A stretch of DNA of 23,417 nucleotides from contig JBLIRN010000044.1 in NCBI GenBank assembly GCA_049472315.1, forward strand, positions 1 to 23,417, given 5' to 3'. Shown here piece by piece: positions 17,190-23,417 of this stretch (its first letter is position 1; the number at the start of each line of letters is the position of its first letter). The position numbers and the translations under genes were made by a program. The notes below the pieces were generated by a model. It had not been told where the DNA came from and made no database searches. It worked only from the letters and a program-made list of their open reading frames with translations. This DNA is from a bacterium. Lineage in GTDB: Bacteria > SZUA-182 > DTGQ01 > JAFGSM01.

Positions 17190-17642
17190 CTAGTCCTTGA
17201 CCGATCCGAAGGCATACTTTCGGATGATCTCCTCGATATCGATGGCGGATTCCGTTTCGATGATCGTTTCACCCGGTTTCATCACCTCGTCGGCGCCCCC
17301 GGCATCGATGGTGACATACTTGTCGCCGATCAGGCCCGATGTCTTGATCGATGCGATGGCATCGCGGTAGATCATTATCCCCTTGTTGATCCTCATCTCG
17401 GCGATCGCGGCCTGGGTGTCCTGGTCAACGGTGAGCGATTCCACACGCCCGATATCGATGCCGAGCATTTCAACGGGACTGCCCTTTCTCAGGCCGGAAA
17501 CCGAACGGAAGCGGGCCTGGATCGAATAGGTATCATCGCCCAACAGGGAGATATTGCCGAGTTTTACCGTAAGATATCCCACGCAGAGCAATCCGATGAC
17601 CATGAAGATGCCGACGACGGTCTCAGCCTGGTATTTCTTCAT
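17190..17642 (-). CDS. mlaD: MlaD MCE-domain protein
   Basis: N-terminal TM (ETVVGIFMVIG), F.SVSGLRKGSPV...GIDIGRV, ASIKTSGLIGDKYV. Confidence 0.95.
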   Translation of the reverse strand: MKKYQAETVVGIFMVIGLLCVGYLTVKLGNISLLGDDTYSIQARFRSVSGLRKGSPVEMLGIDIGRVESLTVDQDTQAAIAEMRINKGIMIYRDAIASIKTSGLIGDKYVTIDAGGADEVMKPGETIIETESAIDIEEIIRKYAFGSVKD

Positions 17643-18876
17643 TTATTTGTCCCTCTTCCTTGGTGCACGTGAATCGTGCAATTGTTTTCCGCTTCGCCTG
17701 CGCCTTGGCGATGATATGGTCTATCTCGTCGCTCGATGTGCCCTCTGCAAGGCCCACGAATACGGAGAAAGTATAGCACTCCCCGGCGGGGGAATCCACC
17801 TGGGCCGGATGGATCTTGCGTACCTTCAGGTCCCTGGAGAAGGAATCCACCATCTGTTCCGCCTCATCGAGATTCGCATAGGGAAGCACCGTCAGCATCT
17901 GGTCCCTGCTCAGCCGGGTGGAGAACCCGATGGAGCCGAAGTTCCTCTTGATGAACTCCCCGAAGGACTTGAATATCCCGAGGGCGGTGGTGGGGCCCAG
18001 CTTCTCGTTCATCCGGTCAAGCTCCAGGGTGAAGAGGACCACGGTAAAGATCTCCTCGCCGTCCGTTTTCCTCAGATTCGAATTGTACCGGGCCCTGAAT
18101 ACCTGCTTCGAGTAGAGCCCGGTGAGCTCGTCCTGCAGCCCCTCCAGGCTCTTCATGAATTCGTCGGTGATCGGGTGGTTGAAGTTCTCGAGCGCCGCAG
18201 GGGAGCCCTGGAAGATGATCGTGCCCTCGTGGAGCACCAGCACGCGATTGGAGATGAAGAGCACATCGGGTATCTCGTGGCTGATGAGCACCGCGGTGAA
18301 CTCGAACCGCCTCTTGTATTCCGCGATCATGCTGAGGATCGCGAATTTCCTCACCGGGTCCTGGCCGGTGGTGGGCTCGTCGAACAGGACGATCTTGGGA
18401 TCGGTCACCAGGGCGCGGGCGAGCGCGGTCCGCTTCTGCATGCCCCCCGATATCTCTGCGGGGTATTTATTGGCCACCTCGGTGAGCTCGGTCTGCTCGA
18501 TCCTGGTCATCACCCGCCGCTCGATCTCCTTCTTGCCGAGATTTGTGGTCTGCCGCAGGGGCAGGGCGATGTTCTCGAACACCGTCAGGGAGTCGAACAG
18601 GGCGTTGTTCTGGAACATGTAGCTGATCTGGCCCCGGTATTCATCCCGCTCCCTTCGCTTGAGACTGCCGATCGGGACCCCCCGGAAGAGGATCTCGCCC
18701 TCATCCGGTTTCAGAAGCCCGATGATGTGCTTGAGCAGGACGCTTTTTCCCACCCCGCTCTTGCCGATCACGGTGGTGACGTGCCCCTCGTAGATCTTCA
18801 GATTGACCCGTTGGAGCACCGGTCGGCTGTCGAACCGCTTGGATACGTTCCTGAATTCGATGATCGGTCTGTCCAT
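17623..18876 (-). CDS. mlaF: MlaF-type ABC ATPase fused to a C-terminal degenerate GGDEF-like domain
   Basis: Walker A GKSGVGKS, MFQNNALFDS, ISGGM.KR, VLFDEPT, SHE. The ~165-aa extension starts DELTGLY and has RLSRDQM at the GGDEF position. Confidence 0.92.
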   Translation of the reverse strand: MDRPIIEFRNVSKRFDSRPVLQRVNLKIYEGHVTTVIGKSGVGKSVLLKHIIGLLKPDEGEILFRGVPIGSLKRRERDEYRGQISYMFQNNALFDSLTVFENIALPLRQTTNLGKKEIERRVMTRIEQTELTEVANKYPAEISGGMQKRTALARALVTDPKIVLFDEPTTGQDPVRKFAILSMIAEYKRRFEFTAVLISHEIPDVLFISNRVLVLHEGTIIFQGSPAALENFNHPITDEFMKSLEGLQDELTGLYSKQVFRARYNSNLRKTDGEEIFTVVLFTLELDRMNEKLGPTTALGIFKSFGEFIKRNFGSIGFSTRLSRDQMLTVLPYANLDEAEQMVDSFSRDLKVRKIHPAQVDSPAGECYTFSVFVGLAEGTSSDEIDHIIAKAQAKRKTIARFTCTKEEGQINEEIPG

Positions 18877-18883
18877 GGCCTCC

Positions 18884-19720
18884 CTACAGGAGCAACGATG
18901 TTACCGCATAGTCGGCGATGAGCACGAGCACGCATGAGAGCACCACCGCCGTGGTGGTTGACAGGCTGACCCCCTTGGCGCCGTGGCCATCCTCACGCAT
19001 GTGGGTGAAGAACCCTTGATAGCAGCAGACCGTGGAAACGATCACCGCAAACACGAGCGCCTTGATGAATCCCCCCCTGATGTCCTGCATCTCCACACTC
19101 GACTGTACCCGGTAGAAATACGCCCCTGCATTGACCCCCAGGAGCAGGACCCCGGAAATATATCCCCCGATGATGCCGATGATGTCGAACATCGCCGTGA
19201 GCAGGGGAAAGCTGATGATCGATGCCGCGATCCTCGGGCTGACCAGGTACCTGAGGGGGTCGATGCGCATGGTGTGCAGTGCGTCGATCTGCTCGGAGAT
19301 CCGCTGGATCCCGATCTCCGCGGTCATGGAGGAGCCTGCCCGGGCGATGATCATGATCGCCGTGAGCACCGGTCCCAGTTCCCTGACCAGGGAAAGGGCC
19401 ACCGCAGAGCCGAGCACCCCCTCGGAGCCGAACTTGATCAGGGTATAGTAGAGCTGCAGTCCCAGCACCATGCCGGTGAAAAGCCCCACCAGCATGACGA
19501 TGTTCGCGGATTTCGACCCGATGAAGTATATCTGCTGGATGATCGAGGATGTCTGCTTGCGGCGGAAGATTCGCGCAAAGGATATGCTGAAGAAGATGGC
19601 GGCTGCACCCAGGTGACGCACCCAGTCCACCACTGTCCTGCCTACCGGGTAGAAGAGCCATTGCAGGGTGATCCACTTGATGAGCGTGTCGAGCGTGTGA
19701 TTTCCGGTTGTCGTGGGCAC
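18884..19720 (-). CDS. mlaE: MlaE ABC permease
   Basis: GLFTGMVLGLQ, LVRELGPVLTA, AGSSMTAEIG, EQIDAL..M.IDP..YLV.PR, GAKGV..STT.AVV. Confidence 0.96.
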   Translation of the reverse strand: MPTTTGNHTLDTLIKWITLQWLFYPVGRTVVDWVRHLGAAAIFFSISFARIFRRKQTSSIIQQIYFIGSKSANIVMLVGLFTGMVLGLQLYYTLIKFGSEGVLGSAVALSLVRELGPVLTAIMIIARAGSSMTAEIGIQRISEQIDALHTMRIDPLRYLVSPRIAASIISFPLLTAMFDIIGIIGGYISGVLLLGVNAGAYFYRVQSSVEMQDIRGGFIKALVFAVIVSTVCCYQGFFTHMREDGHGAKGVSLSTTTAVVLSCVLVLIADYAVTSLLL

Positions 19721-19888
19721 TGCTCATTCCCTTTCCATGCGGTGCGTGTGCCGGCCTTTAGATCCTAAAGAGGATAATAGATTACGCAATGAGGTTCAAG
19801 TTTTGCCGGCAATACATTGAAAGACAAACCATTTCAACCCATGCCGGACTGCGTCATGCAATCGTTTCTACACGGCCCCTCGGGGATC

Positions 19889-20827
19889 CTACCGGGGAAG
19901 GGGGAACCTGCGGCGATCATCCAGGCGATGAAGGCCATACGAATGGGCGATCCGGATCGCACCGGCGAACTCATCGCCGGTGATGGCTCGATCGATCTCC
20001 GGGTGCAGGCGTGCCTCGCCGCAGGGGCGGTACTGGTCCATGATATTGATGTAGGTGTCCTTTGACAGCCTCTGGCTGATGTATGCCATGACCTTGTCCG
20101 TGCCTGCGACACCCTCCGGCATCACCAGGTGCCTGATCAACAGCCCCCGCCAGGCGATCCCCCGTGAATCGAGCTGCAGGTCGCCGACCTGGCGGTGCAT
20201 CTCCGCAAGGGCTGCGCAGGCCACCTGGAAGTAGTCGGGGGCATGGGCGTATTGTTTTCCCTCCTCCGCACCGGCGAATTTGAAATCGGGCATGTAGATG
20301 TCGAACACGCCCTCCAGGAGCCGGATGCTGGCGAGGGAATCGTACCCCCCGGTGTTGTACACCAGGGGGAGCGTCAATCCCCTGTCTATGGCAAAGGGGA
20401 GCGCATCGAGGATGAAGGGGACCACATGCGTGGGGGACACGAAATTGATGTTGTGGCAGCCCCTCCGCTGCAGGTCGAGCATGATGCGGCTGAGGTCCTC
20501 CGGGGAGATCTCCTGCCCCTCGCCCAGGTGGCTTATCTCGTAATTCTGGCAGAATATGCACCCAAGGTTGCAGTGGGTGATGAATATGGTGCCGGAGCCA
20601 TGCTCCCCGACCAGGGGCGACTCCTCACCGAAATGGGGGCCGTAGCTCGACACGACCGGGAGTGCGCCTGTCCTGCAGAATCCCCGTTCACCCCGGAGCC
20701 GATCGACCTTGCACGTTCGCGGGCAGAGGGTGCAGGGGGAAAGGAGTGCGCGGGCCGCATCCCGTCTTTTTTGAAGCTCCCCCTTTTCGTAGAGCTCTAT
20801 ATATCCCGGTCGAGGAATCCCTTCCAT
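19889..20827 (-). CDS. Radical SAM protein, PflX-like (PFL-activase related)
   Basis: CTLCPRTC N-terminal motif, PHFGEE..LVG..GSGTIF, CNLGCIFCQN (CxxxCxxC), HNINFVSPTH, DIYMPDFK, LLIRHLVMP. Start uncertain (20827 ATG or 20884). Confidence 0.88.
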   Translation of the reverse strand: MEGIPRPGYIELYEKGELQKRRDAARALLSPCTLCPRTCKVDRLRGERGFCRTGALPVVSSYGPHFGEESPLVGEHGSGTIFITHCNLGCIFCQNYEISHLGEGQEISPEDLSRIMLDLQRRGCHNINFVSPTHVVPFILDALPFAIDRGLTLPLVYNTGGYDSLASIRLLEGVFDIYMPDFKFAGAEEGKQYAHAPDYFQVACAALAEMHRQVGDLQLDSRGIAWRGLLIRHLVMPEGVAGTDKVMAYISQRLSKDTYINIMDQYRPCGEARLHPEIDRAITGDEFAGAIRIAHSYGLHRLDDRRRFPLPR

Positions 20828-20963
20828 CCATACACCCTGCAATGTGGGGTTTACCGAATCATCCGGCAGTTGTTGTGCACACAATGCCCGTTTTCCCTGC
20901 GCTCCTGCTGCAGGGAATGGTGCACAGCGCCTGTCTCATGGGGGCCCTGCATTCTTCAGTAGA

Positions 20964-21590
20964 TTAGAGGTAGGGTTTCAGGCCCTTGTAAAACATCGCC
21001 GCCATCTTTGTGTAGCCTGCGCTATTGGGGTGGATCTGGTCGCTCATCAACCCGGGTCTGCCCATAATCCCCTTGAAGATATTGGGAACGAGCACCAGGC
21101 CCAGTTCCTGGGCGAGTTCCTCGTATGCATCCCCATACCCCTTCCCCCAGAAGGGGATGTCGATACCGCCGATAACCACCAGGGCCCCCTGATCCTGAAT
21201 CGCCCTGGCAATCTCCCTGAGATTGTCAAATGCCGCCTTGGCAGGGACCCCGTTCTTGAGGTCGTTTCCTCCGAGGGTGATCAGGACGATGCGGGGAGAG
21301 CGGGAGAGCACGTCCCTCTGCAGCCTGCGCAGGGCGCTTGCCGTGGTATCCCCCGGGATGCCCGCGTTGATCACGGGCATCTGGATCATCCGCGAAAGCT
21401 GCGAGGGATAGTCCATGCCCGGGGTTGCCCCGGTTCCGTAGGTGAGGCTGTCGCCGAAGCAGATGATATTCTCACCCATCGGTATCGCATTCCGTATCTT
21501 CGGTGCGGACATGTCATGAATGTAAAGGCTAAGGAAGAGAATGACAACGCTGACAATGGATAGAACAAGGATCTTTTTCGTGGTGATCAT
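20964..21590 (-). CDS. SGNH/GDSL-family esterase (TesA-like arylesterase/lysophospholipase) with N-terminal anchor
   Basis: Blocks FGDSLT, NAGIPGDTT, LGGND, DQIHPN; hydrophobic N-terminus from ATG 21590. The longer ORF start at 21746 looks like a non-coding extension. Confidence 0.9.
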   Translation of the reverse strand: MITTKKILVLSIVSVVILFLSLYIHDMSAPKIRNAIPMGENIICFGDSLTYGTGATPGMDYPSQLSRMIQMPVINAGIPGDTTASALRRLQRDVLSRSPRIVLITLGGNDLKNGVPAKAAFDNLREIARAIQDQGALVVIGGIDIPFWGKGYGDAYEELAQELGLVLVPNIFKGIMGRPGLMSDQIHPNSAGYTKMAAMFYKGLKPYL

Positions 21591-21824
21591 ATCGGTCTCA
21601 AGCCTGATCGGAACGCTTTGTTGTGTATGATGTATCATACCAGGGATGGTCCCGCAAAAACAAGCTTTCCCCCACAGCGTATCCCCCCAGGGGGTGACCC
21701 AAGGAGCTTGATGAAGGAAGCGGTATGGTATAAAAATGGTAATCATGGCCCTGACGATGTTTGCCTTCTGTGGAACAGGCGCCTATTTCCCGATTAAATA
21801 ATAAAGGGATACGGAGGGTATCAT

Positions 21825-22751
21825 ATGAAGCGGAATCTATATAGAATTATTGTCTTCATTCTCATGTCGTTCATTCTTGGGTGTGCTGCCCCACGTCCGG
21901 CCGTATATACCGGCATCCCCTTCAGCGCTGCGGGAAGGCCGAAGGTGGCCCTCGTCCTCGGGGGTGGCGCTGCCCGCGGCTTTGCCCACATCGGGGTTAT
22001 TCGGGTTCTGGAGCGGGAGCGGATCCCCATTGACATGATCGTGGGTACAAGTGTGGGAAGCCTCATCGGCGCCATCTACGCATCCAACGCAGACAGCTTC
22101 GAACTGGAGTGGATCGCCTTTTCCCTGGAGAAGGAGGACATATTCGATTTCTCCCTCTTTTCTTCGAAAACAGGCCCGGTGAAAGGGGACAAGCTCGAGA
22201 AGTTCGTCAATGACCACATATCGGCCAGGAACATCGAGGAGTTTTCCATCCCATACTATGCCGTTGCCACCAATCTGAATACCGGTGAGGCGGTGGTGTT
22301 CGACAGGGGCCCTGTTGCCAAGGCGGTGCGGGCGAGCAGCTCCATCCCCGGAGTGTTCACCCCCCTCGTGTACGAGGGAACGACCCTGGTCGACGGCGGC
22401 GTGCTCGGAAACCTTGCCCCCGAGATAGCCCGGCAAAAGGGTGCGGACATCGTTATTGCCGTTGACATCGGCAAGAATGTAGTCAATCAGGACACGAGCA
22501 ACGTCATCGACATCATCCTGCAGGCAATCAGCATCATGAGCAACAAGATCGACAGTTACAAGCAGAAGGATGCGGACGTACTGATTGCCCCCAGCGTGGG
22601 GGATGTAGGCATGATGGACTTCACCCGGAAAAAGGAATGCATGATCGCGGGAATGGAGGCCGCACGCGAGGCGATACCTGCCATACAGTCGTTACTAATC
22701 CCTCCTCAACCCAGCCCACAAGATCAGAGTGAAATGCCTTCGTTCCCATAA
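21825..22751 (+). CDS. Patatin-like phospholipase, predicted lipoprotein
   Basis: GGAGG RBS; lipobox ILGC; LGGGAARG, GTSVG (catalytic Ser), LVDGG (catalytic Asp). Confidence 0.93.
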   Translation: MKRNLYRIIVFILMSFILGCAAPRPAVYTGIPFSAAGRPKVALVLGGGAARGFAHIGVIRVLERERIPIDMIVGTSVGSLIGAIYASNADSFELEWIAFSLEKEDIFDFSLFSSKTGPVKGDKLEKFVNDHISARNIEEFSIPYYAVATNLNTGEAVVFDRGPVAKAVRASSSIPGVFTPLVYEGTTLVDGGVLGNLAPEIARQKGADIVIAVDIGKNVVNQDTSNVIDIILQAISIMSNKIDSYKQKDADVLIAPSVGDVGMMDFTRKKECMIAGMEAAREAIPAIQSLLIPPQPSPQDQSEMPSFP

Positions 22752-23302
22752 GACAATATATACCGCTTTACGTGGCCTCTATAAAACATCCATACCTTTT
22801 CAGTACTAGCCTTTTTGCAGTCATTGCATTTCTGGCAATCCACTGAGACCTTATTACGCTCAGGCATACCCTTAATCCATTTCATTACCCATTAGGATGA
22901 ACTTCGTCTATTATCATATTACCCATCAAATTTTCAATCGTGCCCCGAGGATCATTTCACTGCATCCCTTCATATAATTACAAGTTATTGAAATATTGAT
23001 TTAAATAACTTCACACAATGCCTCCAGTCAAATCTTGACATTATTTCTTTAATATTATAAAAAGAGATGTATCTCTTGTAGTCTTTTTAAAGTCACGAGA
23101 TTGCAAGAAAATTCCTCACGCATACACGCAAGTCCTTTGTCTCTCATATTGTTTAGCCATATCTTTCTTGCTCTCTCTGAAGCGTACGGGACGTATCTTT
23201 TCGGATTAGAGCTATAGATTATTCTGGACCCCATTGTGGGCTGGCTCGATTTTAAGAACTTCGTATATTAATTGTTGGGCACTAAGATGAAGGAAAGGCA
23301 AT

Positions 23303-23417
23303 ATGCCGCGAACTGCTGACTACACTATCCAAGGATTCTTGTACCAGTTCAACAAGACTGCGCTGGAGATATTGAAAGCCCAGGATGGTGACACAATCAC
23401 CGTTGAAGGCATCGTCG
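23303..23417 (+). CDS. N-terminus of a probable Cap4/DUF4297-like PD-(D/E)xK nuclease (runs off window; not in the ORF track)
   Basis: AAGGAAAGG RBS, then MPRTADYTIQGFLYQFNKTALEILKAQDGDTITVEGIV. The GFxYQ helix followed ~20 aa later by a strand ending in E matches this family's N-terminus. Only 38 codons are visible. Confidence 0.55.
   Translation, partial: MPRTADYTIQGFLYQFNKTALEILKAQDGDTITVEGIV

Noticed and set aside
22724..22885. 53-aa minus-strand ORF with CxxCxxC (MKWIKGMPERNKVSVDCQKCNDCKK...)
   Set aside because: Short, overlaps the patatin 3' end, lies in AT-rich DNA and has no recognisable family. Probably chance, though a gene remnant cannot be excluded.

Overview
GC-rich bacterial chromosome segment; the gene content is loosely Desulfobacterota-like, but taxonomy cannot be fixed from the sequence. 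Left to right: (1) the end of a TIGR03545-like gene and a tandem-repeat intergenic region; (2) a carA-ptsP-carB cluster in which CarA has lost its whole glutaminase catalytic triad and a GAF-type PTS enzyme I sits between the two CPS subunits; (3) a lower-GC accessory block (~7.45-15.4 kb) with a frameshifted RHH antitoxin, an intact MazF/PemK toxin and two paralogous secreted PQQ-like beta-propeller genes. Each propeller gene is bracketed by copies of the mlaA 3' end and preceded by a sigma54-type promoter, like tandem cassettes; (4) a minus-strand mlaE-mlaF-mlaD-mlaC and mlaA cluster whose MlaF carries a degenerate GGDEF domain, with no mlaB; (5) a PflX-like radical SAM enzyme, an SGNH/GDSL esterase and a patatin lipoprotein; (6) the start of a probable Cap4/DUF4297-like nuclease at the right edge. 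The best candidates for undescribed biology are the pseudo-glutaminase CarA/EI-Ntr/CarB unit, the mlaA-anchored propeller cassette array with variable loops and a shared aromatic C-terminal tail, and the MlaF-GGDEF fusion.
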